Shown here: positions 21,991 to 35,189 of the stretch, in pieces
How positions within the stretch are numbered: the first letter of the stretch is position 1
Layout of the letters: each line of letters begins with the position of its first letter
Origin: Mobula hypostoma
Taxonomy: Eukaryota
Reading direction: 5' to 3'
Length of the DNA stretch: 64,000 nucleotides
Assembly (NCBI RefSeq): GCF_963921235.1
Contig: NC_086097.1
Location: forward strand, 245,026,001-245,090,000
Made by a program: the position numbers and the translations under genes
The notes under the pieces: generated by a model
Told to the model about the DNA's origin: nothing
What the model saw: the letters and a program-made list of their open reading frames with translations, nothing else
Database searches by the model: none

Positions 21991-24900
21991 GTTGCAATGA
22001 TCTGTAAGGGCGCCGCAAGCTTCCCTCCTTTTCGGCTTTTTTTCTCTTCTCTGCCCCTCTTCTTCCCCCCCCCCCTGAGGATGCACTGCTCTTTCATCGC
22101 CACTCTCGTTCTAAATATATTTTGTTGTTGATGGCTTCCAGGAAGTACCTGCTCTTCAATTGACACGGGGGGTTTCAGATGAATTACCCGGCCTGCGAAT
22201 TAAATCAACCCAAAACTAGGGTAAACAAACACAGAAATGCTGAAACACGCAGGAGGTTATCATTTCAAGTACCGCTTCCTCAGATTTACAACAGTACCGC
22301 ACACGACAGGCCTTCCCGTCCACAATGTTGTGCCCGAGCAATTAAATTAGTAATCGAATGGCCGACTAAACTAATACCTTCTGCCTACACAGTGTCCACG
22401 TCGTTCCATTTTCTTCACTCTCATGCGCCTGTCTAAACGTCTCTTAAAAATAAATCCTTAATGCAAGGAGTTCACAACCTTTTTTATACCATTAAGCAAG
22501 GGTTCCGTAGTCCCTGGGTTGAGAACCCCTGTCCTAATGTTTCTGCCTCTAACACCAGCCCAGGCAGCACATTTTAGGCACCCACCACTGTATCTGTGTG
22601 TAAAGAGAAAAACTTGCTCCTCGCATCTTTGAACCCCCTCTTACTTTACCCCTTTTCTATTAAGCATTTCAATTCTGGGGGAAAAAGGTGCTCTCTGTCT
22701 ACTCTATCTGTGGTTCTCAATTTTATAAATCTCTGTTGGATCTCCCTTCAGCACCTGCTGCTCCAAAGAAAACAACTTCAGTTTGTTCAACCTCTTGCAC
22801 GTGCTTTCTGATCCAGACAACATCCTGGCAAATCTCTTCTGCACCCTCTCCAAAGCCTCAACGTCCTTCTTGTAATGGATGACCAGAACTGTGTGCAGTA
22901 CTCCAGATGTCACCTAACTAGAGCTTTATAATGCTGCAACATATCTGCAATCTTTGACATGAAATGTTAATTTTATATCTGCACAGTTGTCTGACCTGAT
23001 TTCCAGTACTTGTGATTTGTTATGCTGTAAGCTAGGTTGCTGAAAATGGTTAGCAGGTTAGGTAGTGTTTAAAGAAATTAATTTGAAGCTGAATGCTGTT
23101 ATGAGAAGCACAAGAGGTTCTGCAGATGCCGGCAATCCAGAGCAATACTCAGCAGGTCAGGCAGCATTTATGAAAATGAATAAAGGGTCGATGTTTTGAG
23201 CTGAGACCCTTCATCAGGACTTGGTCTTCAGGACTTGTGTGTGATATTATTATTAACTGTATTTTTCTTCTACTTGTGTCTTGTTATAATTCAATATTTC
23301 TAACTATTTTCAACCTATGATATAACACGAGTGTTATTTCTTTTAGGGGTTCAGTTATTGTCCATCAACCATGACATTGTAGTGCCTGTGGATGCTGCAG
23401 ATTCCTGGTTTTGTATGGAATGGTCTTGGAGACTATGCATTGTGCTTGTCAGTGTATGGATAGATGATTGTACACTGAAACTTGGCATAGTGCTATCCTG
23501 CCGAGTGCTGATTTTGTCTTCTGCCCTCTAGTTCAAACTTGCAATATGGTACCTACCTTAAAGAAGACGTCTACTTGGGCTGCATGCTGCCGTCTATTGT
23601 GGGCACCTTGTTCACAGCTCCTGCCCTGCTGAGAATTTGGCACAAATTCCTTTCCTCTGCTGTCACTTTTCCTGTAGCTCAATAGCTCGGTGTGGACTGG
23701 TTCCTTGTTGGCTAGCTAGGCTAATCAGTACAGCTGCTGAGTGAAAGATGTGGGACTCAGGACTGCACCCTGCCTGTGTGTTGCTGGAATGCCCGGATCC
23801 TCTTGTCTCTTTTATCCCCACCCGATGTACATAGAACATTACAGCACAGACTTTAGCCCACAATGTTGTCTACTTTTTACAATATTCTAATTTTCCTCAT
23901 GCATACCAATTTTTCTATCATGGTGGATGTGATGGAAGCCACTTCCTCTTTCTTCAACTCTCTCTGCTTCAGAATAGTAATGAGCACCCAGTGGTGATTA
24001 TTGTTTAGAGATGTAACAGACCCTTCTGGCCCAACCAACCAGTCTTGCCCAATTAATGCATGTGACCAATTAACTTGTATGTCTTTGGGGTGTGGGAGGG
24101 AAGCGGAACTTCTGTCGGAAGCCCACATGGCCATGGGGATAACATACCAACTTCTTACAGACTGCTGTGGAATTAAACCTGGGTTGCTGGTGTTGTAGAT
24201 GCGTTACGTTAACAGCTAAGCTATTGTGCTCCCCTAATGTCATTATGAACCTGGGAACTGAGTTGGGAAGGCAAGTGTGACGAAGTGAAGAGTTGGGGAC
24301 AGGGCAGGACGTGTGGACTGCCATTGAAATGAGAATCAATGAGATGCAGAATTCCTTAATGGGGTTATTTATGGGCTCCCCACACAGCTATGGTAATGAC
24401 ACAACATTACCCAGTGCAGGTAAGAGGGTTAATTCAATAATCATGGGGATGTCTGAGCTGGTCATACTAAATAGTGGGGGCTACACAAGTGTATAAGTAG
24501 TACAACACAAATGTAGCTTGCTGTGTTACTTCTCAGCTCCAACAACCTGGAATTATTTCAAAGTTCAAAGTAAATTTATTATTGAAGTACAATGTACAGC
24601 CCTGTGATTCATTTTTTTGCAAGCATACTCAATAGAATAATAACCACAACAGAATCAATGAAAGATGGCACCAACTGGGCATTCAACTGGAGTAAAAGAC
24701 CACATACTGTGCATTACAGTAGCAAAAAGAAAGATGATAAATAAGCAATACATCAACAACATGAGATGAAGAGTCATTGAAAGTGAGTTCATAGGTTGTG
24801 GCAACAGTTCAGTGATGGGGTGAGTGAAGTTAATCCCCTTGGCTCAAGAACCTGATGGTTGAAGGGTAATGGCTGTTCCTGAACCTGGTGGTGAGAGTCC

Positions 24901-25360
24901 TGAGGATCCTGTACCGTCTTCCTGATGGCAGCAGTGAAACAAGAGCATAGCCTTGGTGGGGGTTCCCTGGTGATAGATGCTGCTTTCCTGCGACAGCATT
25001 TCATGTAGACATGCCCATTGGTGGGGAGGGTTTACCTTTGGTGGACTGGTCTGTATTCACTACTTTTTGTAGGATTTTCCATTTTTCTGATCTCTTACTG
25101 TCTTGTGGAGTTTGCGTGTACTTGAAACAGTTTCTTCTTGCATCCTGAAGACATTGGCGCCTGTAAGTGAATTGGCCTCTTGATATGCCCGTTATGTATG
25201 GATGTGAATTAGTTGAGGGAGTAAAGTAACTGGAGAATGAAATGGAATTGGTATAAATGTGTGGTTGATGATCAGTGCAGAGTCAGTGGGCTGAAAGGCC
25301 TCCATTCTGGTTTCTAGATCTGTTGGCTGAGGTGCTAATGACACTCCAGGTTTTTTTTTA

Positions 25361-28211
25361 GAGCTCATGCTCAGGATTAATGTGCAGATTGTTATTAATG
25401 ATTATGATATAGTTGGGATCACAGAGACATGGCTCCAGGGTGACCAAGGATGGGAGCTCAACGTTCAGGGATATTCAATATTCAGGAGGGATAGACATGA
25501 AAGAAAAGGAGGTGGGGTGGCGTTGCTGGTTAAAGATGAGATTAACGCAATAGAAAGGAAGGACATAAGCCGGGAAGATGTGGAATCGATATGGGTAGAG
25601 CTGCATAACACTAAGGGGCAGAAAACACTGGTGGGTGTTGTGTACAGGCCACCTAACAGTAGTAGTGAGATCGGAGATGATATTAAATAGGAAATTAGAA
25701 ATGTGTGCAGTAAAGGAAAAGCAGTTATAATGGGTGACTTCAATCTACATGTAGATTGGGTGAACCAAATTGGTAAAGGTGCTGAGGAAGAGGATTTCTT
25801 GGAATGTATGCGGGATGGTTTTTTGAACCAACATATCAAGGAACCAACTAGAGAGCAGGCTATTCAAGACTGGGTTTTGAGCAATGAGGAAGGGTTAATT
25901 AGCAATCTTGTCGTGAGAGGCCCCTTGGGAAAGAGTGACCATAATATGGTGGAATTCTTCATTAAGATGGAGAGTGACATAGTTAATTCAGAAACAAAGG
26001 TTCTGAACTTAAAGAGGGGTAACTTTGAAGGTATGAGTCGTGAATTAGCTACGATAGACTGGCAAATGACACTTACAGGATTGACGGTGGATATGCAATG
26101 GCAAGCATTTAAAGATTGCATGGATGAACTACAACAATTGTTCATCCCAGTTTGGCAAAAGAATAAATCAAGGAAGGTAGTGCACCCGTGGCTGACAAGA
26201 GAAATTAGGGATAGTATCAATTCCAAAGAAGAAGCATACAAATTAGCCAGAAAAAGTGGCTCACCTGAGGACTGGGAGAAATTCAGAGTTCAGCAGAGGA
26301 GGACAAAGGGCTTAATTAGGAAGGGGAAAAAAGATTATGAGAGAAAACTGGTGGGGAACATAAAAACTGACTGTAAAAGCTTTTATAGATATGTAAAAAG
26401 GAAAAGACTGGTAAAAACAAATGTAGGTCCCCTACAGACAGAAACAGGTGAATTGATTATGGGGAGCAAGGACATGGCAGACCAATTGAATAATGACTTT
26501 GGTTCTGTCTTCACTAAGGAGGACATAAATAATCTTCCAGAAATAGTAGGGGACAGAAGGTCCAGTGAGATGGAGGAACTGAGCAAAATACATGTTAGTA
26601 GGGAAGTGGTGTTAGGTAAATTGAAGGGATTAAAGGCAGATAAATTCCCAGGGCCAGATGGTCTGCATCCCAGAGTGCTTAAGGAAGTAGCCCAAGGAAT
26701 AGTGGATGCATTAGTGATAATTTTTCAAAACTCATCAAATTCTGGACTAGTTCCTGAGGATTGGAGGGTGGCTAATGTAACCCCACTTTTTAAAAAAGGA
26801 GGGAGAGAGAAACCGGAGAATTATAGACCGGTTATCCTAACGTCGGTGGTGGGGAAACTGCTGGAGTCAGTTATCAAAGATGTGATAACAGCAAATTTGG
26901 AAAGCGGTGAAATCATCGGACAAAGTCAGCATGGATTTGTGAAAGGAAAATCATGTCTGAGGAATCTCATAGAATTTTTTGAGGATGTAACTAGTAGAGT
27001 GGATAGGGGAGAACCAGTGGATGTGGTATATTTGGATTTTCAAAAGGCTTTTGACAAGGTCCCACACAGGAGATTAGTGTGCAAACTTAAAGCACACAGT
27101 ATTGGGGGTAAGGTATTGAAGTGGATAGAGAATTGGTTAGCAGACAGGAAGCAAAGAGTGGGAAAATTTTCAGAATGGCAGGCAGTGACTAGTGGGGTAC
27201 CGCAAGGCTCAGTGCTGGGACCCCATTTGTTTACAATATATATTAATGACTTGGATGAGGGAATTAAATGCAGCATCTCCAAGTTTGCGGATGACACGAA
27301 GCTGGGCGGCAGTGTTAGCTGTGAGGAGGATGCTAAGAGGATGCAGGGTGACTTGGATAGGTTGGGTGAGTGGGCAAATTCATGGCAGATGCAATTTAAT
27401 GTGGATAAATGTGAAGTTATCCACTTTGGTGGCAAAAATAGGAAAACAGATTATTATCTGAATGGTGGCTGATTAGGAAAAGGGGAGGTGCAACGAGACC
27501 TGGGTGTCATTATACACCAGTCATTGAAAGTGGGCATGCAGGTAAAGCAGGCGGTGAAAAAGGCGAATGGTATGCTGGCATTTATAGCGAGAGGATTCGA
27601 GTACAGGAGCAGGGAGGTACTACTGCAGTTGTACAAGGCCTTGGTGAGACCACACCTGGAGTATTGTGTGCAGTTTTGGTCCCCTAATCTGAGGAAAGAC
27701 ATTCTTGCCATAGAGGGAGTACAAAGAAGGTTCACCAGCTTGATTCCTGGGATGGCAGGACTTTCATATGAAGAAAGACTGGATGAACTGGGCTTGTACT
27801 CATTGGAATTTAGAAGATTGAGGGGGGATCTGATTGAAACGTATAAAATCCTAAAGGGATTGGACAGGCTGGATGCAGGAAGATTGTTCCCGATGTTGGG
27901 GAAGTCCAGAACGAGGGGTCACAGTTTGAGGATAAAGGGGAAGCCTTTTAGGACCGAGATTAGGAAAAACTTCTTCACACAGAGAGTGGTGAATCTGTGG
28001 AATTCTCTGCCACAGGAAACAGTTGAGGCCAGTTCATTGGCTATATTTAAGAGGGAGTTAGATATGGCCCTTCTGGCTACGGGGATCGGGGGTATGGAGG
28101 GAAGGCTGGGGCGGGGTTCTGAGTTGGATGATCAGCCATGATCATAATAAATGGCGGTGCAGGCTCAAAGGGCCGAATGGCCTACTCCTGCACCTATTTT
28201 CTATGTTTCTA
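25361..28211 (+). mobile_element. CR1 LINE with almost complete ORF2 (APE plus RT) and two in-frame stops
   Basis: VGITETW, VYRPP, MGDFN, SDH, QHGF, YLDFQKAFDKV, GVPQGSVLGP and KFADDTK motifs; stops at 25688-25690 and 27470-27472; tail TTTCTATGTTTCTAT. Confidence 0.96.
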
Positions 28212-30789
28212 TTAATTGATTTAGCGACTAGCGAACCATGAACATTGATTAAAATCTTATCAATGTTGAAAGTGATTTAATTCAGTCTAAAATCAGGGTC
28301 TCTTACAAATGGAAAAATATACAGTAATTTTAAAGCATTTGGAAAAAGACTGAGAATGTTCAGTTTGTTGTTTGGGACAACACAAAAACAGAAGAACTTT
28401 AAAACTACTTTTTTGCCTGCACCTTCTCTCCTATCTGTTGCAGAGCTTGTGGGTACTGTGTTGACTTCACCAGCTGCTTTGTGACAAACAACCAGCGTAA
28501 CAGCATCCTCAATCCCAAGGGACTGTGAATGATCAACAGTGGGGCACAAATTCCACTGGCACCAGTGAAAGTCATAGCGCAAGCGAATACGTGACATGCA
28601 AGATAATTCCTAGAAGCGTGGTTTTCCATAAACAATTCTGTAAGCAAACATGTATACCTCAATCCTGTTGATTGAGCCGATCCTAGACCACAATGCACAA
28701 AGTTCGCCACATAGCCACATCAGCGAGATTTCCTCCTTACATCACAGTTGTTTCTGAAATGATGACCATTCAGCTGATTGAAAAGGATATAAAGGCCAGG
28801 CATTCGGAAGACACACAGTCATGCGCATTGGCGATGTCTCCCTGCATGGTGATGAAACATTTGCATGTAAATTGCCAAGCTTGGAGAAGAAACTCAACCC
28901 AACCGTCAACCACCCGAGCTGCACATCTTCCTAATTATTTCCAATAGTTGAATAATGATAACGTTAACAATTTTGCAGTTTGAGGCAGTTTGCCTCAGCC
29001 CAAGGGAGTATGAACAAATGCAGAGAGATTTCCAAGGTTAAAGTTGACTATGGTATTTGAGCGATCTAAGCTGATGAAAGGTAGCTTTATTTGTCACATA
29101 CCTATCGAAATATACAGTGAAATGCATCATTTGCGTCAATGACCAGTGCAGTCCGAATATGTATGTATCAACCTACAAGTATCGCCATGCCTTCGGCACC
29201 AACATAGCATATCCACAACTCACTTGCCCTAATTCTTCTGTCTGGAATTTGGGAGGAAAACTGGAGCATGGGGAAATGTGGTTCCGGGGAGAATGTACAA
29301 GCTCCTTGCAGACAGCGGTAGGAATTAAACCTTGAAGGCTGATCTCTGGTGTTGTAGTAGTGTTATCCTAACCACAACACTACAATGCAACCCAGTTTTG
29401 ACAATATTTCATTTTCTTGGTTTACTGAAACCAACCTTAGTTGGATAACGTACACGCACGTTAACAGCAGTTTATTATGATACCAATTTCCTTATCACTT
29501 GGAATGAATGTTTGTGTTTTTGTTTCTTTATTCTTCAGCATTTAGTTGAAATAAGTTTTCGGTGAGACAGTCAAAACATAAAATTCCTTATGTTCGTGCT
29601 GGAGCAGATTAGACATAGAAACAGAATTAGGCCATTCAGTTTAGCAAGTCTGCCATTCAATCATCATGATTTATAAATCTCTATCAACCCCATTCTGCTC
29701 TGTCCCTTATCTTTGATACCCTTTGTGCTTTACATTGAAGAGAAGAATATGGCTTTTGCATAGTACTACATGACTGTGTAATAGTGGAATAACTTGCTCC
29801 ATGTTTGTTGCTAATATTACTTGGGTGATGGTATTTATTGTAGTGATGCAGTATTAATTTCTACATGAATTGAGGTGTTGTAACTTGATGGGAGTTAAAA
29901 TTTTGTATGAGTGTCCTTGTTGCTCCAGTTGGCAAAAGGTAAGAAAGCTGCAGAGCGGGGGTTCCTAACCTGGGATCCATGGACCACTTGCTTAATGGTA
30001 TCACTCCATGGTATAAAAAAAGCTTAGGAACCCCTGCTTTACAAATATATAGGACACAGGTTGTTAAAGCAGAAAATTGTGGAAATACAGGCTCAGCAAA
30101 GATAAAAATGGTTGGTGCTTTAGGCTGATCTTTCAGCACATTCCAAAGAAACAAATCGGCTGAGTATTTCCATCTGATTTTTTTTTGGATCAGGCTTCCA
30201 GCATTGTTAGTGTTTTTGCTTTTCAATCTGAAACTACTTCTGGGACTGTAAGGAAGTGTAGTTGGAGTTCAAAAGAATTACAAGAACCGTTGCTTTTCTT
30301 AATGTAGATGACTCCTACTTATAGAGGGTGCCGTTACAACACTTAAAGATAACTTTAAAAGATAGCTTTATTTATCACTAACACATCGAAACACACAGTG
30401 AAATGCGTTGTTTGCGTCAGCCATGCTAGCTTGCATTCTGTAATTGTGCTGGGGGCAGCCTGCAAGGGTCACCATGCTTCCAGCACCAACGTAGCACGCC
30501 TGCAGTTTACTAACCTTACCCCATAGGCCCTCTTGGAATGTTGGATCTTGGAGCTAGCGCTGTAAAGCATTACGCTACCACTACGTTACTTTTCACTACT
30601 TGAAGGTGTAGTGACAAGTGGGAATCGTTGCCCCCTATGGTGGAATAGGTGGAAGATGAAAATGTTGAGAAATGTAAAGTGATGCACTTCAGTAGCAGGA
30701 ATGAGTCGTAGAACACCGCAACAGGCCCATCAGCTCACAATGTCCATGTTGACAATTACACTTGCATGAGGTGCAGTTCTAGAATGTAA

Positions 30790-31560
30790 AAGACCACAAG
30801 ACATGGGAGTAGCATTGGGTCAATTGGTCCATCTAGTCTGCTCCCCCAATGGCTGTTCCATTTTTCCTTCTCAACTCCATTCTCCTCCCCTCTCCCTGTA
30901 ACCTTTCACACTCTGACTAATTAAGCACCTGTCAGTCTTCACCTTAAATACATCCAATGACCTGGCCTTTGGCAATGAATTCCACAGATTCACCACCCTC
31001 TGGCTAAAGAAGTTCCTCCTCATCTCCATTCTAAAATGGACATCCCTCTATTCTAAGGCAGTACCTTCTGGTCTTAGACTCACTCACCATAGGAAACAGC
31101 CTCTCCACACCAATTCTGTTTAGGCCTTTCAACATTTGATTGGTTTCAATGAGATTCTCCCTCGTTCTTATAATTTCCAGTGAGTACAAGCCCAGAGCTG
31201 TGAAATGTTCCTTGTATGATAACCCTTTCATTCCAGGAATGGTTTTCATGAACCTCCTCTGAACCTTCTCCAATGGCCGCACATCCTTGATAAGGGGCCC
31301 AAAACTGCTCACAATACTCCGTGTGGTCTGTTCAATGCCTTGTAAAGCCTCAGCATTACATCCTTGCTCTTATATTCTAGTCGTCTTGAAATGAATGCTA
31401 ACATTACACTTGCCCTACTTACCATTGACTTGACCTGTAAGTTAACCTTTAGGGAATCTTGCACGAGGACTCTCAAGTCCCTTTGCATCCCGGATTAAAA
31501 AATCTCCCCATTTAGAAAGTAGTCTATACTTTTATTCCTTCGAGCAAAGTGCATGACTAT
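30790..31560 (-). mobile_element. Decayed CR1 3' fragment
   Basis: ORF 31031-31312 LEKVQRRFMKTIPGMKGLSY... Confidence 0.85.
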
Positions 31561-31759
31561 ATGCTTCTGAAAAGAAATAGAGATCTGGAGTGATACACAC
31601 AACATGCTGGAGGAACTCAGCACGTCAGATAGCATCTATGGAATTGAATAAACAGTCGATGTTTTGGGCCGAGGCCCTTCAACACTGGAAAGGTAGGGAG
31701 AAGACTCCAGAATAAAAAGGTATGGGAGGGGAAGGAAGCTAGCTGGAATGTGATAGGTG

Positions 31760-32495
31760 ACACTGTGTTAATTGCAAGTACGGAGGAAGAACTACAAAAC
31801 TTAATATGATTGTTGAAGAAAGTGCAAAAATGGGTCTATCTATCAATTGCAAAAAGACAATGTATGGTGATATCCAAAAAGAAGGGGAATCCTATCTGCG
31901 GGCTGAGAATAAACGGGGATGACATAAAACAAGTACAGAACTTTTGCTACTTAGGAAGCTCGGTGACATCAGATGGCAGGTGCGATTTGGACATCAAAAG
32001 AAGAATAGGGATGGCAAAAAACACCTTTATGAGAATGAGGAGTATACTGACCAATACTAAACTAGGCATGACAACCCGCCTCAGAGTACTAAAATGTTAC
32101 GTTTATCCAATTATGTTATATGGCTCAGAATGTTGGACAATATCTAGTAACATGAGGAAACGAATTGAAGCAGCAGAGATGTGGTTTTTGAGGAGGATGC
32201 AAAGAATATCATGGAAACGATTATTTAACGAGGATATCATGAACAGAGAAAACACAAAAAGAGATCATGAAAAGGCAACGTAACTTCATTGGACATGTGA
32301 TTTGGAAAGAGGAGTTAGAATGCATGGTAATTATGGGAAAGATTGAAGGGAAGAAAGTAAGAGGAAGACAAATGATAGAGACAGCAGCCAGAGAACTGGA
32401 AATGAGTACCAATGAATTGATCCACTTGACGTGAAACAGGAGTGTGTGGGCCATGGCAGTCAAAGCTCAAACTGGACATGGCACCTGATGATGAT
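31760..32495 (+). mobile_element. RTE-clade LINE 3' fragment
   Basis: VQNFCYLGS...DIKRRIGMAK...YGSECWT...AEMWFLRRMQRISW with a (GAT)n tail. Confidence 0.88.
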
Positions 32496-32949
32496 GTACA
32501 TGGAAACATACAGTTAAATGTGTCATTTGATTAAATCAAATCAAATCAAATCAATGAGGATTATGTTGGGCAGCCCACAAGTGTCACCACACTTCTGCCA
32601 CCAACGTAGCATGCCCAGAACTCAGAAACCCTAACCGTATGTCTTTTAGAATGTGTGAGGAAACTGGTGCACTCAAAGGAAACCCACATGGTTACAGGGA
32701 GAATGTACAAATTCCTTACAGGCGAATGTGGGAATTGAACCCCAAAGGTGACTGCAGGTGCTAACCACCATGCTACTATGTTGTCCCCTTAAGATCTGAT
32801 GTGTTCAAGATTATAAAGTTTATAAGCAGACTAGATGGGAACAAACTGTTCCCATTGGAGGCAGCCTCAAGAGGACAAAACAAAGATGAGTTGCAAAGGA
32901 GCCAATAGAACATGAGGTTTAAACCCTTTCACAGTGGTTGGAGTCTGCA

Positions 32950-33925
32950 CATAGAAACATAGAAAATAGGTGCAGGAGTAGGCCATTCGGCCCTTTGAAC
33001 CTGCACCGCCATTCAGTATGATCATGGCTGATCATCCAGCTTAGAGCCCTGTACCTGCCTTCTCTCCATACCCCCTGAACCCTTTAGCCAAAAGGGCCAT
33101 ATCTAACTCCCTCTTAAATATAGCCAATGAACTGGCCTCAGCTGTTTCCTGTGGCAGAGAATTCCACAGATTCACCACTCTCTGTGTGAAGTGGTTTTTC
33201 CTCATCTCGGTCCCCTTTATCGTGAAACTGTGACCCCTCGTTCTGGACTTCCCCAACATCGGGAACAACCTTCCTACATCTAGCCTGTCCAATCCCTTTA
33301 GGATTTTATACGTTTCAATAAGATCCCCCCTTAATCTTCTAAATTCCAGAGAGTATAAGCCTAGTCGATCCAGTCTTTCATCGTATGAAAGTCCTGCCAT
33401 CCCAGGAATCAATCTGGTGAACCTTCTTTGTACTCCCTCTATGGCAAGAATGTCTTTCCTCAGATTAGGGGACCAAAACTGCACACAATACTCCCGGTGT
33501 GGTCTCACCAAGGCCTTGTACAACTGCAGTAGTACCTCCCTGCTCCTGTACTCGAATCCTCTTGCTATGAATGCCAGCATACCATTCGCCTTTTTCACCG
33601 CCTGCTGTACTTGCATGCCCACTTTCAATGACTGGTGTACAATGACGCCCAGGTCTCGTTGCACCTCCTCTTTTCCTAATCAGCCACCATTCAGATAATA
33701 ATCTGTTTTCCTGTTCTTGCCACCAAAGTGGATAACCTTACATTTATTCACATTAAATTGCATCTGCCATGAATTTGCCCACTCACCTAACCTATCCAAG
33801 TCACCCTGCATCCTCTTAGCATCCTCCTCACAGCTAACACTGCCACCCAGCTTCGTGTCATCCGCAAACTTGGAGATGCTGCATTTAATTCCCTCGTGTA
33901 AGTCACTTATATATATTGTAAACAA
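32950..33925 (-). mobile_element. CR1 LINE, 5'-truncated, same subfamily as 25361-28211 but inverted
   Basis: ORFs 33680-33967 and 33041-33664 are nearly identical in translation to the end of the + copy. Confidence 0.95.
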
Positions 33926-34057
33926 CATGTAGGTGAAACTATGATGGAGGAAGATTCTTTGTAACATTCAGTTGTGATTTTGGTGTCTATTCTGTTGAGT
34001 GGTATCTTTTAGTTTTCCCTTGAAAATGATGAATTGATTGAGTTTCTTATTTTGCAG

Positions 34058-34209
34058 TGACGTCTTGGCCCTGCCCATTTTCAAACAAGAAGATTCTAAC
34101 CTTCCTCCAGAGGATGAAAGTAAACATCCACCATTCCAGTACGTGCTCTACGCAGCCACATCGCCTGCTGTTAAGCTACATGATGAAACACTCACCTATT
34201 TGAACCAAG
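34058..34209 (+). CDS. UBP1: UBP1 coding exon 2
   Basis: Acceptor [59 protein letters not shown](G); donor G|GTATGT; 152 nt; phase matches exon 1. Confidence 0.97.
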
Positions 34210-35189
34210 GTATGTTGCACATTTTGAAGAGCTTTGCTCCACATTGTTATTTGTTATATGCTTTTTAATGTGATTTATAAAACCATTAATGGGTGAGTTA
34301 GTTGATAGGGTGGTGGCATGCAAACTGCTGGGGGCTATGGCAATGTAGGTGCTGATCATGTTTTCTTGCATTGTGAGCTTGAAGATATGTACATTCAGGA
34401 GGAATACTAAACTTATTCTACAAATAAAAACCTGAAAGCATTCTGCCTTTTGATGAAATTGATATTTTGCTATTTCCAAAGGTGAGATTTGAACCTTTGA
34501 GATACAAATAATACTGTAGTGTTAATCCCTGTTAATTTGATACAAAGCTCCTTCATGTTAGTGAGACATGACTGCATTGAAAACTTAATCTGATTAGGCA
34601 AGTTGTTAAACTTGTATCAACTTTGCTCATGTTTCAGAGAATATCTACTGTCACTATTTGGTAAAGGCTACTCTAAAGATTTTGTCAAAAAGTCCTTTAT
34701 TCCACATTCATCAGTGGACAATTAACATTGTAGATATATTAGGGTGGAGGACCTGCTTGACTGCTCTTTCTGTTCAGATAATAATGCAAGAGGCTGTTAC
34801 CCAGTTTCAATTTTGGATTCAGATTTATTTATGATGTGCTCATCAAAATGTACAGTGTAATACCCTGTTTGTGTGTTAACAACCAGCACAGCCTAAGGAT
34901 GCACAGGCAACAATAGCAAAACAGCCCTCTTTCCCACCTTCCCACTTACTTAAACACACCTGCAGCACCATGACAGGCAGCCTCATTGACTATGATCTCC
35001 AGCTCTTGGCCCCGGACTCGCGGACATCAGGCCTCTGACTTCTGAACATGCCCACGCACAGGCACTTCAGCTTTAAGCCCTCAACCTCTGGACTGACTGA
35101 CTTTGGTGTTCGGGTGTCGACTCCAGAGCTCGCTGATCACGGGACTTTGACATTCAGATATGCTGACCGGGGGGGGGGGGTGGGGTGGG

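Noticed and set aside
25367..28141. Active CR1 or domesticated RT gene (589-aa ORF)
   Set aside because: ORF2 is broken by two stops, 5'-truncated and lacks ORF1.
28212..29060. Possible integrase-like (HPQSQG) transposon remnant
   Set aside because: One short motif with no supporting DDE context or termini; left unannotated pending a profile search.
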